From Dimorphilus gyrociliatus (Eukaryota; Animalia; Annelida), in contig CAJFCJ010000022.1 of the NCBI GenBank assembly GCA_904063045.1, forward strand, positions 558,001 to 622,000: a DNA stretch of 64,000 bases, in the 5' to 3' direction. Both the position numbers and the translations under genes were made by a program. Below, piece by piece: positions 25,997 to 39,917 of this stretch. Numbering within the stretch: the first letter of the stretch is position 1; each line of letters begins with the position of its first letter. The notes beneath the pieces were generated by a model, which saw nothing but the letters and a program-made list of their open reading frames with translations, had not been told where the DNA came from and did no database searches.

Positions 25997-28900
25997 CTAG
26001 GTAGTCTTGTTAATCAGCCAATATGTCGTGATTTCTCCTTTTCCCTGTTTAAGCAATGCATGTGTTTTAATTTGAATCTATAATAAAAAAAAACAGCTTT
26101 TTATTATAACCTTGACATTGATATTCCCACGAAGCTTAATTTCATAGTTTCCTTGAGCTACGGTTTCAAGGGTCTGTTTACAATAACTCGACATGTGTAT
26201 CTTCAATGGTTCGCCAGTACTTTCCATTCTGCTCGCCGTGTTCACTGTATCACCAAACAAACAATATCTTGGCATTTTTAAGCCCACAACCCCAGCCGCA
26301 CAAGGTCCAGTGTGAATACCAATTCTAAGATTTAACTTTAAACCTGGTTTATGGCGAACTTCAAACGTAAGAACGCTTTCCAATAAATGAAGAGCGACAT
26401 TAGAGATTTCTACAACATGCTGCAAGTCATTCCGTGAAGGAATTCCAGAAACAACCTAAAGGTAAAACCATCGAAGATAATTTATTATAATCATATAATA
26501 ATGGCATATAGCTATAATATTTATACCATATATGCATCGCCGATAGTTTCAACTTTATAGACATCGTACAAATTCAATATACCATCAAAAAGCGTATATA
26601 AATCATTCAATAGATTCACAATCTCAATTGGCGAACTTTCCGAGCTGAGTGCAGTAAATCCAACAACATCCGAAAAGAATATTGTGGCCGAATCGTACAT
26701 TTCAGCTTCTATGATTTGTCCTCTTTTCAGCCGATCAGCAATAGTACTGAATATAACACAAACAAATAGTATAACATGCATAGTATTATCTTAAGTATAC
26801 GAATAAACTGCAAAATAAAAAATAGAACATAATGAGCAATAATTCCACTCTCTCTCTCTCTCTCTCCTAATACGGATTGTAATGGTAAAATAGTCTGGAT
26901 GAAAACTCTACACTTACGGTGGTAGCATGCGATATAGTAAACTGTCGGTTTTCTTCTTCTCTTCTACTAATTCGTTTGTTCGTGTTTCGACGATTTCCTC
27001 CAAATTGTTCGCGTACTTTTCTAACTTTTTTATCATTATGTCCATCAAATTTTGAGTTCTAGAGTAGATTGTTGAAAAATTACAATTATTAGTTATATTA
27101 GACAACAGATGGCGTTCTGGTGCGGAGAGTTCAAGTATACTCTTACTTTCCTGAGGAAAATCCCCTTATATTCTTTGAAATTTTAGAAAAACTAGGTCGA
27201 TCTTCCGGATTTTCGTTCCAGCACTCTTTCATGAGTTCTTCTATTTTGTGCCCTTCCTCATTCGATTGAAAATCTTTCGGGCACGTAGGTCTAAATGGAG
27301 GATTACTATTCTCTATTACTTTAGCAACTATCTCTGTAGAGATGAGAGTTAGAAGATAATTAATTGTAAAGGTAAAAGGTGGGAATATCGTATTGAAACC
27401 TTTAGGTGATAAATATGTCATAAAGAACGGTAATCCTCTGTATAAAATTTCACTTAGAATCAAGCCAAAAGCATAAACATCTGCTTCTTTAGAACCAAGT
27501 GGCAGGGATAATTGTTTGAAGTCTTGACAGCATTCTTTTAGTATCTCCGGTGGAAACCAGAGAAATTTTTTAAATATTTCATAATCTCCTCTGTCTTCCT
27601 CCTTTAAAGCTTCTTTCAATAGCAAAGCCTCCAAGTCATGACATCCGTACCAGCTTATTTTTAAAGACCATCTACTATCAATTAAACAGCACGAGCTGGT
27701 TAAATGTCCGTGAAATTTTAAGATTGACGAATGCAAAAAGTTCATTCCTGAAGAGATAAATTATCAATTGAATAGTTATTGTTCAAGCTTATCGTTATTA
27801 AATACCCGCAGCCAAATCGCTAATAAGAGATGTCTTGAAGAAACTGTCCAATTGAATATCCCCATTTTCTAGAATATCTTGCAGACTTCCCTTTGAACAA
27901 TATTTCCAGAGTATGTAGATGCGAGTTGGTGTTATACTAAGACCGATAAAACTGTTTAAATTTCCGTGATTCATTTCTTTCATCTATTCAAAAGTGAAGA
28001 GAACTGTTATCTTTACATGTTGGAATTGAAAACTATCTTTTTTGTATATAACCTCTTTTAATTCCTTTAATCTATTCATATGAAAGCTGATATTCGGTCC
28101 GGAAACAGCAACTGACTTAATTGCAACAGTTAAACTTTTGTAAAGACCAATCTTGGTATAAATTTGATTTTCGCCAATGCCATCTTCAGTCGAACGAAAG
28201 ATATCCGATATATTCGACTTGAAACTTTTCATACTTGACATAACCTATTTATTAGAGTGGAAACGAGGCTGATATTTTGAAAAGAATAATAAAATTACGC
28301 TATGGGTAGCCTTGTTCATGATTTGAACATCATTCATATCAATTTTCCATACTTTTTGACGTATTTCAAATTCAATTTTCTTTCTCCTAAACAAGTTGTA
28401 TTTATACGAAATAATCGTGAACAGTGAACATTTAAGAAGGAGAAAGGAAGATAAAAGTTTTACCTAAAGTAGATGAAAATTGACAAAGATATCGAAATAA
28501 CAATGATCGCAACCAGAGTAGAAGCAATTGGAATCAATACTTTACTGGAATCTGTTTGGGAGTTAGAAATTAACGCTCTAGGCATGCGAATCTTTTTTAT
28601 AGAGAAGGAAAAATTAGATGTTTTGCTTAATAACAATAAATATAAAAGTCTATTTTAAGATGAACATAAACGAATGTACTTTACGTACTTTTTCTACATT
28701 TGATAATCTATTTCTTTGAGCGTAAATTTGATATTAGACTGTTAGGATTGTTCATACAAACTTAAACATACTAGATTACTCTACCTGTGGTTTCTTGTTC
28801 GCATTTTTCTCCTCTAAAACCGCAAAGAGGTGTATCTCTGACAGGTAAACCATCTTTTGTCATCCATGGAAGGTAATTTTGCTCCTTTACTAATGTTGTA

Positions 28901-30435
28901 TTTCCCAAGCCTTTTGTTAAACTTACGTTCAACCAATGTTGAAATTCTGATTTTTCTCTATTATAACGCCATACCCAATAACCAGGAAGTCGGTCGGCGT
29001 TAGAATCCAATTCTATTCGCCCGAATCTTCCAGTAACATAACGGTTCTTTGATTGACTTATCATCCATTCAATGTCGTGTACATCTCGATTATTCTCCAC
29101 AGATTCGTTTAACAAATGACAGAGAAAGTATGTAGTGTCATACGCAAAAATACTATAAATCGAAGCCGTTCGATTCATATCTTGATAATCCGATATAAAA
29201 AATGGAGATTTAGCCGTCTGTTTTGGCACTTCTCCTAGAAAATAGTCAACATATGGTCCAGCCAACGAAGATAGACTTATAAAGAGTAGAGACTCGTAGG
29301 CATTCTTTATTTCTTGAGCATTCGGTTGATCATCAACTTCGCTTCCCCAAGGAGTCTTTATGAAATTACTTGGAAATGCCATAAAAAATAGGAATACGTA
29401 TTCCGTTTCGTCCATATTCAATATCTTTGTTAGATGAAAAAGTGACCTTAATTGGTCAGTAGTCAAGCAAACGTAAATAACTGAAAATAGAGAAGATAAA
29501 CTATAAAATGAAAAAGAGAAATCATCTTAACGAATACTTCTCGCTCTTTCGGATATTCTCTTTAACGCCTCCTTTATGTCGTTTTCACCAGAATTTACAC
29601 CAAGAATAATTCTATCCGATAAAAGTAAATCATTTCTCTCAAGGAAAACACGATTGATAGAACTAAGACTAAATTCGCAACCTCCCAGTTCTAGAGTTAC
29701 CATAGCCATTCTCCTCCAGTTGAAATTATCCATTATTCGGGCGATAGTATCCCCTATAGTATAGTAGCTTGGTACACCAGGTCTTACTAAGTTATTATAA
29801 ACATTTTTATCATCCAACTTTACATCAGAAGACGAGGAGCTCAATAATAGAACGTTTTTGTAGCTTGCGTATACAGACGATATTAGCGTTACTGAAAAGA
29901 CACAACAGTTACGGTAATTAAATCGTAGTCAAGTAAATCTTAGTCAGGGTAGCCAATCTTCTCTTTCAAATATTATTCTATATTAGTTTTCAGTAGAAAA
30001 GACTGAAAGAAAGTAAAGGTACAAGAAATACCTCTAGAGCATAGACTTCCTATTATAACATCAACATTTTCGTTGTCAATCAATTCGTATTGGGCCTCTG
30101 GTCCTAATCTAGAATCGCACTTGTCATCTGTCCATATTAGGCTGCGGAAGGTGTGAATATAGAAAAAAGTTTACTGTTTCTTAATAAACGATTTTGTTAG
30201 CTTTGCCGTATTGTCTTTACCTTATATTGATCTTATCAAGTAGGCCCTCAGCTCTACAATCCGACAAAGCAATTGTAAAGGCTCCTCCAATTGAATCGAC
30301 GGAAAGAAATTTTACAAATCCAGGTGAATTCAATTCTGATTTTGCCAAACTCATCCCAATTTTGAATGAGGTCATGGTAGAAACCATAACAAAGTTGAGA
30401 GAAATTATTAATAATATCAACAGAAAGCGAGGCAT
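25997..30435 (-). CDS. Receptor guanylyl cyclase rGC4
   Basis: ATG at 30435 ([11 protein letters not shown]), same architecture, intact [16 protein letters not shown]. Last exon [15 protein letters not shown]. Confidence 0.93.
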
Positions 30436-30950
30436 CTTTGTCTCCCCGTCAAACTCTCGCCACTTTATAAAGAAGAATAACAATACTATATTTTTTTTAC
30501 CTTATTTATGTTTAATAAAATCGCAAGATGTCTCTGTCAGATGAAAATAAGTAAAGAGAGATAAATAGAAAAGCTTAAAGCTGGCAGGAAGTAGACGCGA
30601 ATCTCAATTTACAAATGGATGTGATAGACATATTTTATATTTTGTAATAAAAAACTTTCTACGACTTTGGTATAAGAGACGTTATAATAGATTCACTCTT
30701 CAAAGGAATTAATTATAATCAATGCCAAAATGCAATTTTTCATACTCTGATCTGAAAGGGAATCCTTTTTTGATTTAGATTCGTCCTTTAAAGGCGGTTA
30801 TGGTGAGGTGTTTTAATTATCTTAAGAGAGCGGAATAGGATTATATGAACTTTTGTGGCAAATATTTTTTTATTTGGTTCAAATAAAATTGAAAATTAGA
30901 TAAGTATAAAAACAATAATAAATAACAAACAGTGGCTAGTCTCGGTTCAA

Positions 30951-32369
30951 CTATTCCCTATCAAGAGTTTGATTTGTTTTATCGGTACAATCTACGACAC
31001 GGGGTTCGTTTACTTCCAAAGGTAGAGTATGAACTTGTAGGCCTGTTAAGAAGGAAGATACTTCCCATAGCTTTTTCGCCACTGATAAACTCTTTGCCTG
31101 AATACTTTCTCTTGCGAGTGAACACTTTTCAAAATATCTACCCGTGATTGTCTTAACTCTATCGTCGACGGCCGCATAGACTATTGTTTGAGCAGCAGCA
31201 TTTGCGTCAATTAACACTGGTTTAACCATCATTCGGATTAGAAAACAAAACCACGGCGGCCATTTGTAAGCCATTCCTTTCCAAAGTTCGGTATCGACAC
31301 CTCCAGGATGAACAGCGTTGGCCGATACTCCAAACTGAGCGAGTCTCCGTGCCAATTCTTTCGCGTGCAATATATTAGCTAATTTACTGATTTCATATCC
31401 GGATAAATGAGGATAGAGAGTATCTTCGTCGCCTTTATCGAATCTAATTAAGGAAACAATATATACTTTTATAAGAGCATCGACACCTTTCCTACGCCTA
31501 CATTATTAGCCTGAGTTAGATATAGTAAAGTCACAAATATGTAGTGCGTAGCTTTCTATACTATTTTCACTTTATTAAAGGATTGATAAGGAGATTGCAG
31601 ATAAGAGTAGTAGTAGTATATTAGTACATCATACCTTAATGGTCCCGGTACGAGTATATGTGCCAATGAAGAAACTATAACGATTCGAGCTGGAGCAGAT
31701 CTTTTTAAATGATTAACCAATAATTCAGTCAACAGAAAATGACCCAAGTGATTTGTGCCAAAGCACAAATCATACCCGTCAACCGTCTTTTCGACGTTAC
31801 TATAGGCAATAGCGGCGTTGTTTATTAGAATATCGAGTCGTTGTTCGCAAGAAGTAAACCAGATGGCAAACTGTCTTACTGAAGATAAATCGGATAAGTT
31901 TAACTTTTTCCAGAAGACACTTGAATTTTTTGATAAATCTGAATAAACACGCGATAAAATATTAATTGATAAAGAAGTTAAAGTTAATTAAGTCAGCATA
32001 ATTTTAAGAATAGGCCTACTTTTAATATAATTAACACTTTCGAGTCCTTTTTCTTCATCTCTACTAGCAGTGATAACTCTCGCCCCCCTCTTTGCCATAT
32101 CTAGTGCAACCTCTCTTCCGATACCCGAAGAGGCTCCTACGGAAACAAAGGATGAAGAAACACATAACATCAAACTATTTAACATGAGCGATATTTAGGA
32201 TTGTAAGAAAATGATCGAACTTCTCCTTACCAGTAATTAAAACAGTTCTTCCATCTAATCTATTCATACTGGAACAATAGACTTTTCTTCCGAAATGGAA
32301 ATAGGCAACTGCATAAGCTATAATTATACCACAAATTAAGGGAAGGCATATCACTAAGAGAATGTTCAT
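30951..32369 (-). CDS. Retinol dehydrogenase 11/12/13-like short-chain dehydrogenase/reductase
   Basis: N-terminal membrane anchor, spliced TG|ASSGIG Rossmann motif, LDILINNAA, FGTNHLGHFLLT, catalytic YEISK (YxxxK), VHPGGVDT. Confidence 0.93.
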
Positions 32370-33057
32370 CGTAAACAAAAAAAAAATTAAGACAGTAGGA
32401 GGCGCTTCTGTACCCGGTCAATAAATAATCATAACGAACGATATGTTCAGACAAATATCTTTCTTTCTCTTTACTATGGCTCCATCTACAGGACATTTAC
32501 GTTACGAACCGTTTGTGTTACACGGGAAATGTTTGCAGTAGATGTTTTACGGATTGATGACGGCCGCTCTATATTCGATATGAATATGATATCCGGAAAT
32601 TTGAAGCGGCAGCAATATTAATTAGTAAGATGAGTTTTAGAGTAAATTTAATTGGTTTTAGTTTGTAATCTATTTCTTTTCCAGTTAGGTGTTGAGTGGT
32701 CAGTTTGTCGGCCGTCTGGCCAGTCATCCAGGGGTAGAAGAAGAAACGAATTTAAATAGACGCCCTAAATCCTAAAAGTATGATTTATAAGTCTTAAAGG
32801 AATATTTTCAAAGGAAATTGAAACAATGAAATAAACGTTATTCGTCAGTGATCTAATACAAATAAATTGATTTTTAGTATCGTTCGATTAAGGAAAAGAT
32901 TAAAAGCGTCTAAATTATAGTCGATAAAAAAAGACATCAAATGCTAAATGAGAAATTTATTACACCAACATCTTTCTAAGCTGAACACGCGAAAATCACT
33001 TCCGTCAGACTAATAATAATTTATTCCTCGTAAACTGCGTATCAAATAGAGCCAGTT

Positions 33058-33069
33058 GGTCATGTGACC
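33058..33069. promoter_or_regulatory. GGTCATGTGACC E-box (M-box/CLEAR-like bHLH-ZIP site) upstream of NHLH
   Basis: Near-palindromic 12-mer in non-coding DNA, about 440 bp upstream of a candidate 5'UTR splice donor at 33506 (CAG|GTGAGG). Confidence 0.3.
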
Positions 33070-34953
33070 CTGTTCTTAAACCAATCGCCGACTTTCTTTC
33101 CTTCTTCATTGCCTTAAGAGAAACTAACCTTTGAGCTGAGACTACAAGCAATAGTTCACTTTGGCATCTAAACTTACTCCTTTTTCCGAGCCAGAGGCGT
33201 TTCATTCGACGGTCGCGTGTTGGGCAGATCCGTGGGCGGAGACGTTGGAAACAAGAAAGAATTAATGAATGAACGCACCTGTACATGTTATGTGACGCCT
33301 ACGGACTGATCGAGGATTTTGAAAAGGCGTGTACTTTCTGAAGTGATTCGTAAAGCTGATTAAACACCCTTCCTTTCGGCCCAGGTGTAACTTTACTTCT
33401 TTGAGATCTGTGACAGACGTCGGACAGCATTTTGCGGGATTCTCTAAACAAAATCTCTATCTGCAATTTTTTCTTCAATTTTAAATATTAATTAAGAAAA
33501 TACAGGTGAGGCGTCTCTTTTATACTTTTTTTTACTAGCTTAATTTTCCCTCTTTTCATTTTGAGCGCCAACGTACCTTTCGTTTGTTTTTCCTTTTCTC
33601 TTACTCCTCTCCATCTCAGCGTTTTCTCGGTCCCTCTACTTTTCTGTTCTTTCTCGATTAATTATTAAAAGCAAAATTGGACGCCGAAAAATAAAGCCCT
33701 TTCTAAAGAATAAGCTTAAATAAAATTAGGAGAAAAGGATAATTATATGCACTCACCTTTTCTTTGAACAAGAACGAGTGAAATCTACGATAACGTCTCC
33801 CTTCCTTATCGGAGAATACAATCAATTTATAATTAATAAATCCAGGTAGAATCCGTTACGACTAAGTAGAAGGTATCGAAAGAACAAAAGAGAATTAAAG
33901 TATATTTTCGTTCAAGTGTTAATAAAATGAACGCTTGAAAAACCTTCATCATTCCGACAAATGAAAGTTCGTCCACCGTAACCAGAATGGAATGAGAGAA
34001 AGTATTACGTAATTAGCACCTTATCAAACATACGAATAACGGTACATGTGAGGTTTCAAAGACGCCTTACGTGACACAATCTCACTGCGTGACGCCCTAT
34101 CATTCAGCCGATCATTCAACGCACGTGCTAGCTATTTGTGCTTAATTTTCGGACGCCGAAGATGCTGTGACGCCTACTGCGTCCTGGACGTTTAGCTAAG
34201 TAAAGTGGCTAACTAATTGAATTTTACACGACGTTTGCGATGACGGTCGACTGTCAGCAATAAGTGACGTCGGGTGGGTCTCGACGTTGAAAGGTTATTG
34301 TCAAGCTGCCAAATAGCAAGAACAAGTTTTTCTTTCATGAAGATTAAGTTTTTATTTAATAGATAGAAGGGGAAAAGTAAATGAAATTAACCTCCTTTTT
34401 ACGTCTTTCACCCTTCGACCACCCACACAGCCCACCCCACTCATTAACGCTTTAAATCATATATACGTTTATAATTGGCAAGGATTCACTATTACTATTT
34501 ATGTTATTAGCAAAGATACTAATTCAATTCACCCCATATACACGCCTAGATCAACCACGAAGACGTGCGTTGACAAATGATGGCATCAAACTGGTGACAG
34601 ACAGGGCAAACACAATTGGCAATTGCAGCATCAAATCGAGTTTGTCCCGTTTGCGAAGGGGCGTCCATCTGCGCACTATTTTTTCTCTATAAATTTTTCT
34701 TAACAACAATCCGACACCTCTGTTGAATGGCGCCGTCCATTAAGATTTTTTTTATTTCTCCTGTAATTTGGGGATGATTTTAAGTAAATTCCCCAAAACG
34801 TTAAGCCCTCTTAATTCCCTTCGTCCTTCTACTTCTTCAGTTTATATCTTAATTCTCTGCTGAACGCTGTTAGATCGTCAGAGTAGATTTATTGAAGTTG
34901 GTGGGGACGAGCGTAAATTATTTATTTGTTTGCTTTTCTTTTCTCTGTAGGGC

Positions 34954-35220
34954 ATGCGAGTAGACAGAAAGAAAATGGAACAAGAGAATCTTAGCCGCGA
35001 AGAGCGAAGAAGGAGGAGGAGAGCGACTGAAAAGTATCGAACTGCTCACGCAACAAGAGAAAGAGTCAGAGTGGAGGCTTTCAACGTAGCCTTTAGCGAA
35101 CTGAGAAAGTTATTACCAACCTTACCACCGGATAAGAAACTGTCAAAGATTGAAATACTCCGTTTGGCCATTTGTTACATAAATTATCTCAATCACGTTC
35201 TAGAATTGAACAACGGTTAA
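34954..35220 (+). CDS. NHLH1: NSCL/HEN1-type bHLH transcription factor
   Basis: [65 protein letters not shown] is the diagnostic NSCL bHLH. The ATG lies 3 nt after a strong acceptor (ttttctctgtag|), implying an upstream exon, probably non-coding. Confidence 0.95.
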   Translation: MRVDRKKMEQENLSREERRRRRRATEKYRTAHATRERVRVEAFNVAFSELRKLLPTLPPDKKLSKIEILRLAICYINYLNHVLELNNG

Positions 35221-38200
35221 GTAAACTCTTCTTCATAAAGGAAGTAAACAAAATTACAAATGAAGAAACAAGAAGATAAACAAACAAGTAAACAAACAAA
35301 CAAACAAACAAACAAATAAATAAACATGTATACCAGCCTCGTATGTCTCAATGATAAATTATTAAAGGAAAACAAAAAAGGAATCACTCTAAATATAACA
35401 TTTTAACTGCATGTACACTCTGTTTGAATAGTTATATTATCATTATCATTATCGTTATCTTTGTTATATTATATACTTATATGTTTGTATTATGCTTATA
35501 TTTATTTATCTACTATAATTTTTAATACACATACTTTAGAGATCCTAATACTGTACGCTATTCGCCTTTCTATCACCTCTTCTTTAAACGCTGCACAATA
35601 CACTACTCAACTCTCCAATATCTCACTGAAAACTACGTAATGGCGTTACATAACTGGCATCCTATCCCCTCTAATAAGCTCATAAAAAGTATTGGTAAAA
35701 TTTTGTAAAATTTTAGACGCGTCTTCTTGATTTTAGCGCGTCGTGGGAAAAGATTAGCTAGTCGTTCAGAAGCAGTTTATCGCGCCTTCATCATCTGTTG
35801 CTATAAAAATCTCTTAAATCGTCCTTTTTGCCCGATAAACTACCGACCCGTAATGGGTTTAAGTTGATTTTCTGCTTGGATGGTGATCGAATTGCTATTA
35901 ACGAGTATTGAACCGACTATAAACGACGTTTGTGGTTGTCTAATTGAATTTCAGCAAGAAATATTGGCGGAACACACTAATTTATGCTAATTCGTTGTTC
36001 GGAAACATTGATGGGCGTCTGTTAGAAACGATTAGACGCTTCGTTTAAGTTTGCTTCGAAAAAAATCGCATCAAATTTATTCGATTCTTCCTATAATTAC
36101 GTAAAGAATAGGAAGAGGAAGGGGAGTGCCGGGGTGGAGAAGTCAGAATCGGAGTAGGAATCGTCCGAATAAAAGTCAAGGGAACATAAGATATTTATAC
36201 CAAGCATCGTCTGTATAAAGATGATGGAAAAGCGTCTATTTACTCTAGGAATTGGCTAGAAAGTTTCCAATATTCGCATTTTTACCCACCGTCACTTTGT
36301 TCCCAAAAGGCAGATGACCGAAATTTTTTCTATGTAAACATTCTATTGTCACATGATTAATTGGATTTGGCGTCTAAATATTGTCTCTTTTCAACGCCTT
36401 CTAGGGGAAGAGGGAAATATAAAAAGGAGGCTATTTATAGAAGAAAATTCAAGATTTGTACCTTTTTTGGCATCGTCTATGCTAATTATCTAATTTCCAT
36501 AATTAAGATAAAAAAAAATAATTAACTACCTTACGCTTCTTTCTTCCTAAGTAAATCGCATTAAGCGTTAAGACTATAATTTTCCCTTTGATCTTAACTA
36601 ACCTACCGAAATTGTTACCTAATTATGAAGCGTTTCAACGTCCTAATAAGGCCTAACTATTTTTATTCTTATATATAAAACTCCGTATCTCGATCTGAAT
36701 ACCTAATTAGGAGAAATGTCGCAGGTGTCCATCTCGATCTTTCAGAGTCTTTTAAAGCCGACTCGCCGGATTATCACCTGAGACTTGGCGACTGGCTCTT
36801 TACGTTCTATCAACTGTTATATTTATTAAACTTTAAACGGAACTCTGAACCTGATGAATATTGCGACAGAGCGTTCTTTAGGCGTCTATTTACGGTCTAG
36901 TAGTGAGTGAGCTGTGTAAATAGATGAATTAAATAAATTCCGACGAGTTCGCTACTATCGAGTGGTACTTGTGGGAATTAAATTGTTCTATTAGACGCTT
37001 CTGGGCGTAATTGAACTCTGTTACGACGTCATTCGCCAATTCGGGTGTTCTCTGTAGTAAAATTCCATCAGAATTATGAGTTTATACAAAGAGTTGACAA
37101 GGGTAAAAACAATTTGATCATTTTAGAGAAAAAAGAGAGATTGCCCTCTTATTTCTATCTAAAGCTTTAACGGTGGCCGACATGAAACGGAAGAAAAAAC
37201 CATTGAAATATAATAACTAAAAAAGCAAAGAGATTGAAAGAGGGAGGGAGGGAGAGATGGAGAGGGAGAGGAGGAGAAGAAAGAGGAAAGAAAGGTTATA
37301 ATAGGTAAGAATATATATGCATTATGAATATAAAAGTACTTTAGATATAACTTATAGATAGGTTTATACTATGCAGTTACACACTGTATCTATACAAAAA
37401 AATACGCTGTCAAATTTCACTACACTCTCTTTAATCTTAAATCCGCTTTCTTCCCTCCTTTCTTCCTTTCTTTCTTTCTTTCTTCTTTTCTTTTCTTCTT
37501 GTAGAGTTAATCAAGTTATACAAACCTCATACTCGAAAGTTTTTCCTCGTCGTAGAATTTAGATATTTCATTAAGTTTGGATGCTTTTCCAGTTGGCACT
37601 ATTCAGACAAAAAAATACGGTCACGTTCATATTTCTCATATAGAATTATGTATAATATTTCTATCTATCTTTTTAACCTTCTGCGATTGTAAGAGTCTCT
37701 GTTCTTTCCCCCTTCTTCATTCCATCTTACTGAATTAATCGAGTGGAAAGGCAACAAGAGTCCGCTCCCTCTAACCCGATATATCTCTTTTCAACGACAG
37801 TTATCATCTGGTTACATCAGTTTTACCCAATAGATGGAGGCACTCGACACGCCTTCAATGGATTGAACACTTAAAGGGCAATTGGTAAAAGGTGATGAAG
37901 CGAAAGTAGATGCGATGAATAGGAGAGACAAGGCTATTTATAAAACTTTGGTCCATTTAAATCTTGACCAATATTACTGAGTATCTTTAATAAGAGAATT
38001 AATACGAGTCATTCAGAAAGTGGCGGACAGATAATATTTAAACGTTAATTAATAGAAAGTAAAGAGACTATCTATTGGTAAACAAAACAGACTAATTGAT
38101 TGCCGTATTTCAGTCCACATAGTCCAATGGGGTAAAGTGAACGCTTTTAAATAATTGATTAAGATTGATTGTCTTCCCAGGACGCTGAAAGACAATCAGT

Positions 38201-38295
38201 TGAGCATTTTCTTTTGATTTATACGGAAGGTTTTCATTAAGAAAAGGAAGGAATTTTTTTCTTTTATCTTAAGTCTAATCCCAAATGAATTTATA

Positions 38296-39917
38296 ATGAA
38301 AAAACTATGGAGATTTACAAAGAGATTATCGATTTCAACTTTCTTACTGCTACTAATATGCCATCTACTAAGAATGAAACTATCTTCCTTCCTTAATGAA
38401 AGTACTACAAACTGCTCCAACGTTTGGCCTTTAATTGATAATAGAAAAACTAACGACGGCCATTTATACGACAATAACGAAAGGACTATCAACGATATTC
38501 TGGTATGTTTGAACAAATCTCAAGTCAACAATGTGTCGTTTTTCAGTAAAGAAGACGCCTTTATTAATCTATCTGATGTTGGTAGTAGTTTTAAACTATT
38601 AATACAATTAGATCCAAATCTAACGGTTGTATTTAAGCCAAAATGGTAAATTATATGTGAAATTTTCCAATCCGAAAAGAGTATAAGCCTTCTAATAATG
38701 TGACAGGTATAAAAAAAATAATTACGTAAAAGAATACTGGTATGAAGGTTTTGACGTTCCTCATTCGGAAGTAGCAGCATTTCACTTGGACAGGTAGGCA
38801 AGAGAGAGAAGAGAATGAATATTTTCACCTGTATAAACGTATAATTTAATTAAAATGTTGCAGATTATTAAATTTTAGAAAATCTCCTTTCGTAATTATG
38901 AGAAAATTTCACTTGTTTAATGAAATCATATCGAAATCCTCGAAATTCGTTCGAAAGAACGTAATTTTCAATTTAAAACGTAAATATATTGTTATATAGT
39001 TAAAGAAAAGGCGGCAATCTATATCATTTACATTTCAATCTTTTCTCCTTCCTTAATCAACTTTTAATCGAAATTATTAGTATACAGTATTATAAACAGT
39101 GATATATTAGACTATTTATCGTTGTTTCTTTAGAGAATCGCTGGTGTCTTACTTCTAAGTGCTACTTTTGCGAAGATGTCCTTGAGTCTTGCGCAGACTC
39201 TAATGGTTATATTGAAGGTTCTATTTCTGTATTTTTTCATAATATCAACTTGCTACCTAATCATCCGTGGACATATGAAAATTACTTCCGGTTCGTATAT
39301 ATTACGTTCTATGAGAACAACAATTAGCAATTAAATATATATATATATACTGTAATACATGATATTTATAGATATCCTTCACGTAATTGCGTTCAAATCA
39401 TTCAAAAGAAATATCCCCTCTTTGGAGAGAAAATTGCATTGAAATTTCTTCTAGATTTGGTCGATTTAGCTATTTTTGATTTTTTATCAGGTCACTTTGA
39501 CTCGAAAGTTTATATCGAGAGATCGGAACGAAATAGCAACGACTACAATACATTTGTCCATATAGATAGAGGAAGAGCGTAAGTTGATATCCAAAATCAA
39601 AGAACATAATAGACGCTTAAAGCAATTCTTTCGACTATTTCCATAGATTTAATGAGGTCGGAAACGTATCTAGATTGCTCTCAGGCATTAACGCAATTGT
39701 TCTTAGAAGTTGTTGTACTTTTCGAAGATCGACGTTTAATCTTATCAATCTTCTTTCAAAATCACCTCAAATGTTCGTAAAGAAATTTCGCACAATTCTC
39801 ATATCGAATCAACTCTATCTGCACGAAGAAACGTTTACAATATTAAATATGGCGATAATGAAACTATTCGAAAGGATGAGGGAATGCCCTCAAAGAGAGA
39901 TTTACGAAATTAACTAA
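38296..39917 (+). CDS. Divergent FAM20-family (Golgi/secretory-pathway) kinase
   Basis: Type II signal anchor. Spliced motifs VVFKPK, HSEVAAFHLDR, EGS, HPW, DLAIFDFLSGHFD, HIDRGR and CCTFRRST align with the FAM20 pattern. Confidence 0.82.

Noticed and set aside
27346-27411. Apparent 22-aa insertion in the rGC4 kinase-homology domain (read through in ORF 27143-27745)
   Set aside because: It is a 66-nt stop-free GT-AG intron at the same phase-1 position as the introns in rGC1-3. Retention cannot be shown from sequence.
33005-33286. 93-aa minus-strand ORF and 34501-34692 + ORF upstream of NHLH
   Set aside because: No homology signal. The GC-richer regulatory DNA explains the open frames, and no in-frame splice to the bHLH exon was found.
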